DNA of 64,000 bases, from positions 1 to 64,000 of the IMG/VR virus record IMGVR_UViG_3300032294_001352; one strand, written 5' to 3'. This document shows, one piece after another, positions 48,571 through 57,156 of the stretch. Each line of letters opens with the position of its first letter. Within the stretch, counting starts at the first letter, position 1. The translations under genes and the position numbers were made by a program. Source of the stretch: a virus. The notes under the pieces are model-generated. The model was not told the origin of the DNA. It made no database searches and saw nothing but the letters and a program-made list of their open reading frames with translations.

Positions 48571-49692
48571 ATGGGCAGGAATCGACGTAAAGCCGGAGTA
48601 GGTGCTGTGGAGCGTGCAGTCTATGACATCTTTGGCAACATCATTGGCCAAGAAGATGACGTTGCTCCTACTCCTACGGAAACCATCACTACCATATCCG
48701 ATCCTGACTTTGAACACGTAGATACCACCGTGTTCAATCCTGTGGCATACTCTGCAACGTTACAAACTATGCTCAAAGAGCAATATGCTGATATGAATCA
48801 AGTGATCTCTATAGGAATGGAGTATTTGAAATCTATATCTGGCAATTCTCAGGATGACTGGATAATAAATAACATGCCGCAAGTACAAACTGTAAAAGGA
48901 ATGATTGCATTAGGATTAGATCCTCAAGTACCGTCTGATAGACGTTTATATACTGATTTAATATCAGGAACAAGCAATTTTTATTCAGGTAAGTGGAATC
49001 CCTCACCTGAAGAAAGAAAGGAAATGCGAAAGCAAGATGCATCTGTACCTGATACTGGAGATGTAGAGTTTGAAGTAGGATTCAGCAGACGCATTAAAGT
49101 AGATAATCCAACAAAAGTAGTAATATCCAATGTGTCATTTTCAGCATCAAAGACTGCTCCTCCAGGAATTGGCTATATGATGATTGCACGTCAGATTAGT
49201 GCCGCGCGTCAACTTGCAAAAAAATTAGGAAAACCAGTAGAGATTGAAACAACTGCTCATAACTCAGAACAATCACAAAAAACAAAGAAGGGTAATACCG
49301 GTTTTCACGTTTGGCCAAAACTTGGCTATGTCTTTGAGATTCCTGAAACCGTCAAAGTTGAATTGCGTCGCATGGGATTTACAGACAAACAAATGAACAA
49401 TTCAGCAACACTGATGCAAAGCCGAAATCCACAAGGCCAACTTGGTTTTGACGTGTGGAGTAAAGCACTAGTAGCAGAAGGTGATAGTAAGTGGGCTGTG
49501 AATGGAAGAACAGTCATAAATCCGAATGCATCAACACCATCACCTGCTGAGCAAGTCACGATTGCCTACGGAAAGCGCAAAGGCTATCTCAAAATGCAGC
49601 AGAATAAGCGGCAAAACAATGACGTGTTCCTCAGTTCAGAAGATGACGCAATCCTACGTGACGTGTGGGCTTCCATGGGAAGATTGGAGTAG
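48571..49692 (+). CDS. MGRNR-tagged protein 9, GNAT-like
   Basis: MGRNRRKAGVGAVERAVYDIFGN; GIGYMMIARQI...GFHVWPKLGYVF. Confidence 0.65.
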   Translation: MGRNRRKAGVGAVERAVYDIFGNIIGQEDDVAPTPTETITTISDPDFEHVDTTVFNPVAYSATLQTMLKEQYADMNQVISIGMEYLKSISGNSQDDWIINNMPQVQTVKGMIALGLDPQVPSDRRLYTDLISGTSNFYSGKWNPSPEERKEMRKQDASVPDTGDVEFEVGFSRRIKVDNPTKVVISNVSFSASKTAPPGIGYMMIARQISAARQLAKKLGKPVEIETTAHNSEQSQKTKKGNTGFHVWPKLGYVFEIPETVKVELRRMGFTDKQMNNSATLMQSRNPQGQLGFDVWSKALVAEGDSKWAVNGRTVINPNASTPSPAEQVTIAYGKRKGYLKMQQNKRQNNDVFLSSEDDAILRDVWASMGRLE

Positions 49693-49695
49693 CAG

Positions 49696-50769
49696 ATGGG
49701 CAGAAACCGGAAAAAGGCTGGTGTGGGCGCGGTTGAACGTGCTATCTACGATATTTTTGGCAACGTGATTGGCCAAGAAGATGAGAATGCGGCACCTGCT
49801 CCGGTGAGCGATCAACCAGTCATTCTTACCGGAGCGGAACTCACGCGCCAGTTAGGTGACACCAGTGGATTCTCACCCAATGTCCGGAAGTTGTTCACTG
49901 ACGTGGAATCACCTATCGTCACCAATGATCCGCGCGTACAAAAGAACATGCGGCAACTGGGATTGGATGACACCAATCCTGAGCATCGCCGAATCTTTCG
50001 CATTCTGTTTGGCTTACATGAAGGCACTGGGAAAATGGAGCATCCCAATCCGGCCATCTTGGTGAATGATGACCAAGAGATTATAGACGCCGATGCCGCA
50101 TTCTCCGTTGGATCACGTGGGAAGTTCGCAGGTGTGGATCGTGCAGCAAACTCCACAATGCGTCTGGCCATCATCAAAGGCGATAACGTCATCATTGAGA
50201 ATCACACCTACGTGATGACGGATCCGAATGAGCAGATGCAAGGTGCTGGCTATGCCATGCTCCGGATGCAGGCCTATGCCGCACGCAGACTCAATGAGAT
50301 AACTGGGCGCAACGTCACCATCCGGACCACAGCACTCTCACGAGATGCACGGCTTGATCCGAATGGGATAGAGTGGGTGGGTGCGCATACGTGGCCAAAG
50401 TTAGGCTATGACTTTGACTTCAACGATCCGCGCGTGCCTAGTGATTTGGTGGAATCACTCCGTGCCGCAGGCTTCAAGAGTATGCGTAGCAGCGACTTGA
50501 TGAGTGAAGTCAACGCAGATGGTGAGCGTGGCTATGACGTGTGGCCGTTCATTGTGGATGAGATTCTAAGCATTGATGGCCAACTGAGCATGAAAGGCAC
50601 CATGAACGTCACCAATGACAACGATCGTGGACTCCAAGTCATGCAGAACTATGGGCGGCAAAAGGGAATCGTTAAGGGTGGCACGACGCGCAACGTGGGT
50701 GGCGTGGATGGGATTACACTGACTGGGATGGATAACGATATTCTTCGCCAACTGTGGCAGCAGATATAG
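49696..50769 (+). CDS. MGRNR-tagged protein 10, GNAT-like
   Basis: MGRNRKKAGVGAVERAIYDIFGN; QMQGAGYAML (QxxGxG)...GAHTWPKLGYDF. Confidence 0.7.
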   Translation: MGRNRKKAGVGAVERAIYDIFGNVIGQEDENAAPAPVSDQPVILTGAELTRQLGDTSGFSPNVRKLFTDVESPIVTNDPRVQKNMRQLGLDDTNPEHRRIFRILFGLHEGTGKMEHPNPAILVNDDQEIIDADAAFSVGSRGKFAGVDRAANSTMRLAIIKGDNVIIENHTYVMTDPNEQMQGAGYAMLRMQAYAARRLNEITGRNVTIRTTALSRDARLDPNGIEWVGAHTWPKLGYDFDFNDPRVPSDLVESLRAAGFKSMRSSDLMSEVNADGERGYDVWPFIVDEILSIDGQLSMKGTMNVTNDNDRGLQVMQNYGRQKGIVKGGTTRNVGGVDGITLTGMDNDILRQLWQQI

Positions 50770-50793
50770 GCGGCATGTAGATAGGAGATTGCT

Positions 50794-51948
50794 ATGAGTT
50801 TTGCGATTGACATCCGACAGTGGAAGACGGTAGAAGCCTTTGAGGCGCATCTGAATGCACACGATCCTGCTATCTGTGATTGGGTGCAAGGCATCGTGAT
50901 TCATCATACGTGGCGACCACTGCCCAGTCAGTGGCGTGGCCGATCGTCGATTGAGGGAATGAAAGCGTACTATGAGCGGCAGTCACCACCGTGGACTGCT
51001 GGACCACACTTGTTCATTGTGACTGGCAGCCCTAATCCGTCTGATGACGGTATCTGGCAGATGACTCCGCTCAACATGGTGGGTGTACACGCTACGGTGT
51101 GTAATCCAACAACGTGGGGCATTGAAGTGGTGGGTGACTATGATGATGAACCGTGGACATTTTCTACCAAGCAGTTGGCGGTTGGTGCTGCTGCGGCATT
51201 GGCCAAGTGGCGCGGAATCATCATCTCACCTCAGACGGTAAAAGGCCATCGGGATTGTAAGAGCAGCAAGTCATGTCCAGGCAATGCCATCAACATGCAG
51301 CAGGTGCGTGACTGGATTAACGCAGAGATCAATGGCACACCAGCGCGTGAACCAATCACGGCTGACAGTCAGATCCTTGCGGCACCACGATGCAGCATGG
51401 AAACTGCGTTGGATTACATCATGAACCGGAATCCACGGCCTGCGTACACGCTGAGTGATTTCTCTATTCATATCCTGCCTGCATACTGGCAGTTAGGCAA
51501 ACTGACTGGTGTTGATCCGTGTATTGCCATTGCCCAAGCAATCCATGAAACGGCCAACTTTAGCAGTTGGTGGTCGTTGCGCCCACGACGCAATCCTGCT
51601 GGGATCGGGGTGACAGGCCAATCTAGCCGAACCGCGCCACATCCTGAGGAAGTCAACAAGTGGGCATATGACAAAGACGTGAACCTGTGGAAGTTCGGTT
51701 TATCGTTCCCATCATGGCAGGTGAGTGCATTGGCACACATGGGCCGATTATGTGCATACGCAACCAAGCCTGCTGAACGCTCACCAGAGCAACAGAAGAT
51801 TGTAGAACAAGCATTGATGATGCGATCGCTTCCATTGGCCTTACAGGGAAGCGCGCCGGTGCTCTTTGGCCTTAATGGGAAGTGGGCTTATCCTGGCACC
51901 ACGTATGCCCAACGGATTGCTGCCATAGCCACAGAGATGGCATTCTAG
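50794..51948 (+). CDS. Endolysin: N-acetylmuramoyl-L-alanine amidase plus glucosaminidase-like domain
   Basis: IVIHHT, GPHLFI, HA..CN, GIEVVG, GHRD, KSCPG; then G.DP..A.AQ..HET and NPAGIG. Confidence 0.85.
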   Translation: MSFAIDIRQWKTVEAFEAHLNAHDPAICDWVQGIVIHHTWRPLPSQWRGRSSIEGMKAYYERQSPPWTAGPHLFIVTGSPNPSDDGIWQMTPLNMVGVHATVCNPTTWGIEVVGDYDDEPWTFSTKQLAVGAAAALAKWRGIIISPQTVKGHRDCKSSKSCPGNAINMQQVRDWINAEINGTPAREPITADSQILAAPRCSMETALDYIMNRNPRPAYTLSDFSIHILPAYWQLGKLTGVDPCIAIAQAIHETANFSSWWSLRPRRNPAGIGVTGQSSRTAPHPEEVNKWAYDKDVNLWKFGLSFPSWQVSALAHMGRLCAYATKPAERSPEQQKIVEQALMMRSLPLALQGSAPVLFGLNGKWAYPGTTYAQRIAAIATEMAF

Positions 51949-52033
51949 CAGCCGGATGCTCCGTGATCAGGCTAATAACCATCTGATTCCAACGCGGAAA
52001 ATCACCAATTTTCTGTGATTCTCAAATTGGTAC

Positions 52034-52062
52034 TTGACAAACTATACATTTTGTCTTACAAT
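52034..52062 (+). promoter_or_regulatory. Sigma70-like promoter for the ncRNA cluster
   Basis: TTGACA-17 bp-TACAAT. Confidence 0.75.
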
Positions 52063-52361
52063 GACTGACATGAGGGAATGGCGTGTGGGGAGAGAAAAAA
52101 CCGTGACTGACACTCACGAGTACCTCACACTTAATGGTGAGAGATGGTAGTGGTTGCCATCCAGATGTGTTGACTCGCAATCAACATGTTGACACCAGCC
52201 GTAGGTGGTGCGACCACCTCAGCAGACCTACAAGCATTATCGGACTCCGTGCGCTGGTAATGTGGAAGGCGGGCACCTCGAAGAAAGAAAGCGTCGCACA
52301 GGAACTGGTACTCGGTATTACACTGAGTAGGTGGGCAACCTGCCAAATAGCCCACCGTTAT

Positions 52362-52494
52362 GGGGATGCTCTGGTATTGACAGGGTGATTTGGCAATCAG
52401 TAGCGATAACTGCCCACGGGAAGACGCGAACGCTGCCTGCCTTTAATGGTGATAATCATTCTGGACTGCGGTTCGACTCCGCACATCTCCACCA
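52362..52494 (+). ncRNA. ssrA: Minimal tmRNA-like RNA (133 nt)
   Basis: Acceptor GGGGATG/CATCTCC with G3:U, ACCA end, T-arm TGCGG-TTCGACT-CCGCA, unpaired D-loop GGTATTGAC, helix CAGGGTGATT/AATCATTCTG. Confidence 0.75.
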
Positions 52495-52496
52495 AT

Positions 52497-52658
52497 GCTC
52501 AGGTTTCGTTTGGGAAGTTTGACAGGGAGCGCAATCCTAGGATGTTATCGCCGATCCGGCCAATCGGATAGTGGAATCCCGACGGGGATAGAGTGAGAAA
52601 TCATCCGCTCACCAAATTGCGCCCACATACGCAGGTTCAATTCCTGCCCTGAGCACCA
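52497..52658 (+). ncRNA. Oversized tRNA-like RNA (162 nt) with no canonical anticodon arm
   Basis: Acceptor GCTCAGG/CCTGAGC + ACCA; T-arm GCAGG-TTCAATT-CCTGC; internal multi-hairpin domain. Confidence 0.65.
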
Positions 52659-52694
52659 CTACTACTATTACTCGCTGACCAGTAAGGAGCGCCC

Positions 52695-53009
52695 ATGAAC
52701 AAGCACAAGTCACTGAATGAGATGATGGCTGAGAAAAACATCAAGATGGTCGTGAATAATTTCATGGTTGGTGATTTATCCGTGCGCGTGGTGGCCAACA
52801 ACATGGGCCATGACTTTGAGCGGATGGCGAACAACCAGTGCAACATGGCCATCTACATCATCCGTGAGCGTGATTGGGATGAGGAGCAAATCATCATGCT
52901 TGGTGGTGAGTCACTGGTGATGGATATTGAAGACCATGACCAAGTGCTGGTCCATGCAAAACTGTTGCTTAGCCGTCTGATGTTGTCGCTGCTTGATGCA
53001 ATACAGTAG
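52695..53009 (+). CDS. Hypothetical protein
   Basis: AAGGAG RBS. Confidence 0.65.
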   Translation: MNKHKSLNEMMAEKNIKMVVNNFMVGDLSVRVVANNMGHDFERMANNQCNMAIYIIRERDWDEEQIIMLGGESLVMDIEDHDQVLVHAKLLLSRLMLSLLDAIQ

Positions 53010-53018
53010 GAGGCGCGT

Positions 53019-53207
53019 ATGAAGATTGTTTCGTGCTCATGCCCACAGTGTCGCGCGTTGATGCGTTCAAAGCATGAAAGCCGTGCATTGACCAAAGTCA
53101 CGCGCGCTGCTCGCCGAAACGCAAAGCAGGCCGTTGATCGCATGACACGCACACGCAACTGGGATATGGACATCCCGACCAAAATCAGCATCCCACCTAT
53201 TGGCTAA
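53019..53207 (+). CDS. Small basic Cys-containing protein
   Basis: AGGAGG RBS; CSCPQC; followed by a hairpin with a T run at about 53227-53254. Confidence 0.6.
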   Translation: MKIVSCSCPQCRALMRSKHESRALTKVTRAARRNAKQAVDRMTRTRNWDMDIPTKISIPPIG

Positions 53208-53359
53208 TCAATCAGCCTGATCGACCATCCCTCACATGATACGTGGGGGATTTTGGCGTGTAATCAAATTGTCATCTTATTTTCAATAAAAACACTTGCA
53301 AATTATATAGTTTTCTGCTAGAATGATTTTAGGTTGAATTGCAAGTAAGGAGAACGCTT

Positions 53360-53644
53360 ATGACCATGACTGTTACACCAGCCCAAATCGCTCGCCAAGC
53401 CTTCGTGGCTGCCCAGGTGGCCATCATCCGCGCTAGCGAGCATCCTCAGGCATCACGATGGGTGAATGCTGTTATCCGCGCCGGTGAGGCCTTTGCGACG
53501 CGCGCTGGTCGCAAGGAGATGGCTGAGCGTTGCGCCACGTACAAGACCACGGTGGCCTCATGTGAGTGTGAGGCGAGTTCCCATGGCAATCCATGTAAGC
53601 ACCGTGCGTTCGTTCGCTTGGTCCAGAAGTGGGAGGAAGAATAA
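53360..53644 (+). CDS. SWIM zinc-finger protein
   Basis: CECEASSHGNPCKH; behind the repeated promoter at 53296-53337. Confidence 0.75.
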   Translation: MTMTVTPAQIARQAFVAAQVAIIRASEHPQASRWVNAVIRAGEAFATRAGRKEMAERCATYKTTVASCECEASSHGNPCKHRAFVRLVQKWEEE

Positions 53645-53872
53645 ATGAACTTTGATGTCATGGACTTTTCGATGCGTGAGATGTGGAGCAAACTGACGAT
53701 GGATGAGCGTCGTCAGTTGCTCCAAGAGCATAAGATGTGGCCTGGTTTCGTAGAACAAGCACCACGGCCAAGCAACCAAGATTGCTCGGCTGAGTTCACC
53801 AGTGCTGTGGCGTTGCGTGTCAGTCAGAAGCGGAAAGCAGCAGAAGCCAAAGGAAAAATCAATGCCAAATGA
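53645..53872 (+). CDS. Hypothetical protein
   Basis: GGAGG RBS; coupled. Confidence 0.55.
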   Translation: MNFDVMDFSMREMWSKLTMDERRQLLQEHKMWPGFVEQAPRPSNQDCSAEFTSAVALRVSQKRKAAEAKGKINAK

Positions 53873-54107
53873 GCAACCACCACTACGCACACCCACGACC
53901 ACGGATTTTGCGCTAGTCAACTTCGCTCGAAACTTAATCGCAGACATGGTAGTGCCTCTCAGCCATGAGGGGCTTCTACTTGAATCTGTGGTCCGTCTGG
54001 TGGCCAAAGAAGAGGGATTGGATGACAATCACACGGCCTTTCTGATAGCCCTAGCACTAGGGAATGTCACTGAGGATAATTGGGAATCAACCTACATACC
54101 GTTTTAG
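53862..54107 (+). CDS. Hypothetical protein
   Basis: AAGGA RBS. Confidence 0.55.
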   Translation: MPNEQPPLRTPTTTDFALVNFARNLIADMVVPLSHEGLLLESVVRLVAKEEGLDDNHTAFLIALALGNVTEDNWESTYIPF

Positions 54108-54118
54108 GAGGATCACGG

Positions 54119-54331
54119 ATGCAACACTGGGGATGGATAGGAAATTACACCATTGTACGCACTGGCAGCCACGCAGGCGCAATGGTCAACGGTTCTGTGA
54201 CGTTTGATCCACAGATGTGTATGTGGAAGTGGCTAGTGATGGCAGATAATGTCAAAGTGCGTGAGGGAATGACGGTGACTGCGCGGATGGCCGTGCAACA
54301 GGTTGATACGTATTTTGAGGAGGAAGTGTAA
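54119..54331 (+). CDS. Hypothetical protein
   Basis: AGGAGG RBS. Confidence 0.55.
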   Translation: MQHWGWIGNYTIVRTGSHAGAMVNGSVTFDPQMCMWKWLVMADNVKVREGMTVTARMAVQQVDTYFEEEV

Positions 54332-54528
54332 TGACCACGATGAAAGACAAGACTAAAGGCGGCAACAAGAAGTTGAAGACCATTCAGATGACACCAGACT
54401 TTGAGCGGAATCTGGCGATCCTGCGTAAGTTTGGCCACACGACGGATGCTAAGGCCATCCGTGACGCTGTGAAGACGTTGGCTATGGAGCGCACTGGGGA
54501 GTTGACGATTACCAAGCGACAGGGATAG
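54331..54528 (+). CDS. Small DNA-binding protein (ribbon-helix-helix-like)
   Basis: KTIQMTPDFERNLAILRKFG...AKAIRDAV. Confidence 0.5.
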   Translation: MTTMKDKTKGGNKKLKTIQMTPDFERNLAILRKFGHTTDAKAIRDAVKTLAMERTGELTITKRQG

Positions 54529-54531
54529 ACC

Positions 54532-54858
54532 ATGAGCGTGTTGAAAGATGAGTGCGGCAAAGATGTAGCCATTGTGGATCGGAATGAACACGGTGGCTAC
54601 ATTGTACGCTTCCAAGTGCATGGCCTTTGGTTTGACATCTCATCGGTGTGCAACCAGCACAATGATTTGATGTATCAACGCTGCATAGAAAAAGCCATGC
54701 TCCAACTAGAATGGTATGCAGGATGTGATGACGTGCTGAACCGACGTGCGGCACTGCAGATCAAGTCAATCACCACTGGACCAGTACCACCAATGATGAG
54801 CAGCACCGTGATGAGCGTGCTGAGCATGTGGCGAGATTTTCAGCGATCAGGTAGGTGA
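54532..54858 (+). CDS. Hypothetical protein
   Basis: ORF within the operon. Confidence 0.55.
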   Translation: MSVLKDECGKDVAIVDRNEHGGYIVRFQVHGLWFDISSVCNQHNDLMYQRCIEKAMLQLEWYAGCDDVLNRRAALQIKSITTGPVPPMMSSTVMSVLSMWRDFQRSGR

Positions 54859-55002
54859 TTTGCAAAAAATGCAATTCATTTGCGATTATCGCAATTCATT
54901 TGCAAAAAGTGCAAAGAAACATTTGCATTTTATATATTGTATGTGCTATACTACGAACGTGGTCATGCACCACTAGTCAACTAATCAGTTAAGGAGAAAG
55001 CC

Positions 55003-55734
55003 ATGAGTTTCGAGATGTTGCGTGAACCGTTCCACCCTGACCAGTTGGAGTTCAAGGTGGAAGTCAAGAGCAAAGACGGCCAGAAAGGCCAAGCCAGCAC
55101 CTACGTTGATCCTCGGCGCTATCAGGAGCGTCTGGATGATGCGTTTGGTCCGGAGAACTGGGATGTGGAATATCGTCCACTTGGGGCTAACGTGAGTGGT
55201 TCAGTCACTGAGGATGGCGAGAAACGCAGTGCATCAGGCGCGGTTATCGCACGTCTGACCATCCGCTACAACGGCCAAACCGTGGTCCGTGAGGAAGTGG
55301 GAGAGTTTGGTGGTGAGGGAAAGTCACAGTATCCAACGGCTACAGCCCAAGCGTTTAAGCGTGCGTGTGCTGCCTTTGGCCTTGGTCGCTACTTGTACTT
55401 CCTGCCAAAGATGTGGGGAGCAATCAACCAGTATCGCCAGTTTGAGGAAGCCGAGATTGAGCGCTTCAAGAAGATGTGCCCAGCACCGGCCAAAAGCCCA
55501 CAGAACAAGCCACAAGCCACGGAAAAGGCACAACCTGCACGCACCTACCCACAAGGCCAGGAAAGCGTACAGCAGGCCAAAGCAGTGGCACGCTTGGGGC
55601 AGTTGCTCCAACAGGCTGATGACATGGGAGCGCATTTCTCATACGTGCCAGAAAACTGGCGCACGCTCGGCTACCAAGAGTTGGTCCAACTTGGTCAGCG
55701 GATTGGGAAAGATCTTGCAGACATGAAAGAGTAG
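55003..55734 (+). CDS. Rad52/Rad22-family single-strand annealing protein
   Basis: LREPF...YVDPR..QERLD..FGPENW...AFKRACAAFGLGRYLY. Confidence 0.88.
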   Translation: MSFEMLREPFHPDQLEFKVEVKSKDGQKGQASTYVDPRRYQERLDDAFGPENWDVEYRPLGANVSGSVTEDGEKRSASGAVIARLTIRYNGQTVVREEVGEFGGEGKSQYPTATAQAFKRACAAFGLGRYLYFLPKMWGAINQYRQFEEAEIERFKKMCPAPAKSPQNKPQATEKAQPARTYPQGQESVQQAKAVARLGQLLQQADDMGAHFSYVPENWRTLGYQELVQLGQRIGKDLADMKE

Positions 55735-55737
55735 ACC

Positions 55738-56439
55738 ATGATTCCAAGTCAGTTATACGCAGATATACCTGACTTGACGGATACGGAGTTGCGCATCATC
55801 CTCGTGGTGATTGGCCACCAAGGCATCATGACGATGGGTGATGTGCAACAACGTACAGGGAGAAATCGACAGGTGTATGACGCAGTGAAGTCATTAGAGC
55901 AAAAGGGATGGTTAATGCGGCACAAAGTGGCATCGCTTGGTCCAGTGGCGTGGCGTTGGGAAATCCTCCGCTACACCGTTGCACCGATCACCCCACCAGT
56001 GCCAGAACCACCTGCACTGACTGAACCACCAGTCATCACGCAGGCAGCAGAAGATGCGGCAGTGAGTGTGAGTACCGTGGAATCCACTCCGGTGAATCCA
56101 CCAAAACCATCCAAGGCCAAAGCCAAAGCACCAAAGCCGGTGACAGCACAACACCACCCAGCCGTGGTGGCATACATGGAAATCACCCGTCGTCGACCGA
56201 CACATGCGGCAGCAGAGTTAATTGCAGCGCACGTTGCTGATGTGGATCGTTGGCGTGAGGCCGTTAAGTCGTACATTGTGCGTGGATGGAATCCCATGAA
56301 TGTCAACGGAATGATCCAAGTCTACAATGGTGATTTGGTTGTGAAGCGCGGGCGGCATAGCACAATCATTCCCCACCAATCACCAGACGTGGCAAAGGCA
56401 GCATGGGATGAGTATCTGAGCAAGGGGGAAGATGAATGA
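55738..56439 (+). CDS. Replication initiator (wHTH)
   Basis: LTDTELRI N-terminal wHTH; directly upstream of the DnaC-like gene. Confidence 0.65.
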   Translation: MIPSQLYADIPDLTDTELRIILVVIGHQGIMTMGDVQQRTGRNRQVYDAVKSLEQKGWLMRHKVASLGPVAWRWEILRYTVAPITPPVPEPPALTEPPVITQAAEDAAVSVSTVESTPVNPPKPSKAKAKAPKPVTAQHHPAVVAYMEITRRRPTHAAAELIAAHVADVDRWREAVKSYIVRGWNPMNVNGMIQVYNGDLVVKRGRHSTIIPHQSPDVAKAAWDEYLSKGEDE

Positions 56440-57155
56440 CAATGGTTGACGTGCAATGCTGTGATGGGAGCGGATGGTACAAAAAGGAAGTTCCGTTTGG
56501 CCATCCTGACTGGGGAAAGTTGTTTCGGTGTGAGTGCGGCAAGGCTGGCGATCCGGAAGCGCGGATGAATGCGTTGCATGATGCACTCAAATCCTATGGC
56601 GAGTGTCGGTTTGACAACTGGTTTACCGATCGACCACTAGAACCAAACACATGGGGTGGCGTGACGTACAAGACGGAAGATCAGTACAAGGCCTTACGGA
56701 TTGCTACCAAGCGCGCCAAAGCCTATGCTGACGATCCTGAGGGAATGCTCTTTATCTTTGGCAGTTTCGGTGCTGGTAAGACGCACTTGGCTGCAGCCAT
56801 AGGCTACGCATGTGCAGAGCGGAATCTGCGTGTGCAGTATCACAACATCACTAATCTCGTAAGCAAACTGCGGCAAGCAGCAGGTGACTTTGATGTGGAG
56901 TCAATCATGCAACCACTGTTGACTGCTGACGTGCTGATCTTGGATGACATCGGTGCTGAGGAATCAATGTCAGCCTTTATCCAGTCACAAATCTATCGCT
57001 TGATTGATGAGCGATTGCATTTGGCCACCGTTATCACGTCAAATCTGGATGTGCAGTCACTCACGGACAAGATCGGTGGGCGCACGCAATCTCGATTACA
57101 AATGGCCCAGACCATCTGGTTGCCAGTATCTGATTACCGGAAGCAGAAGAAGTAG
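56436..57155 (+). CDS. DnaC/IstB-like AAA+ helicase loader
   Basis: Zn motif C.GSGW...CEC; Walker A GSFGAGKTHLA; Walker B LILDDIGAE; TSNL; SRL. Confidence 0.9.
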   Translation: MTMVDVQCCDGSGWYKKEVPFGHPDWGKLFRCECGKAGDPEARMNALHDALKSYGECRFDNWFTDRPLEPNTWGGVTYKTEDQYKALRIATKRAKAYADDPEGMLFIFGSFGAGKTHLAAAIGYACAERNLRVQYHNITNLVSKLRQAAGDFDVESIMQPLLTADVLILDDIGAEESMSAFIQSQIYRLIDERLHLATVITSNLDVQSLTDKIGGRTQSRLQMAQTIWLPVSDYRKQKK

Positions 57156-57156
57156 C

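Noticed and set aside
52134-52522. ORFs 52134-52388 and 52331-52522
   Set aside because: They overlap clearly structured RNAs, have no RBS and give unconvincing protein sequences.
52362-52658. Permuted two-piece tmRNA, or a prophage attachment site
   Set aside because: Each RNA has its own acceptor halves in the normal 5'-3' order; no integrase, duplicated 3' end or host-gene boundary is seen.
54858-54930. TTTGCA / GCAATTCATTTGC short repeats
   Set aside because: Possibly an operator for the replication operon, but too short and degenerate to support a call.
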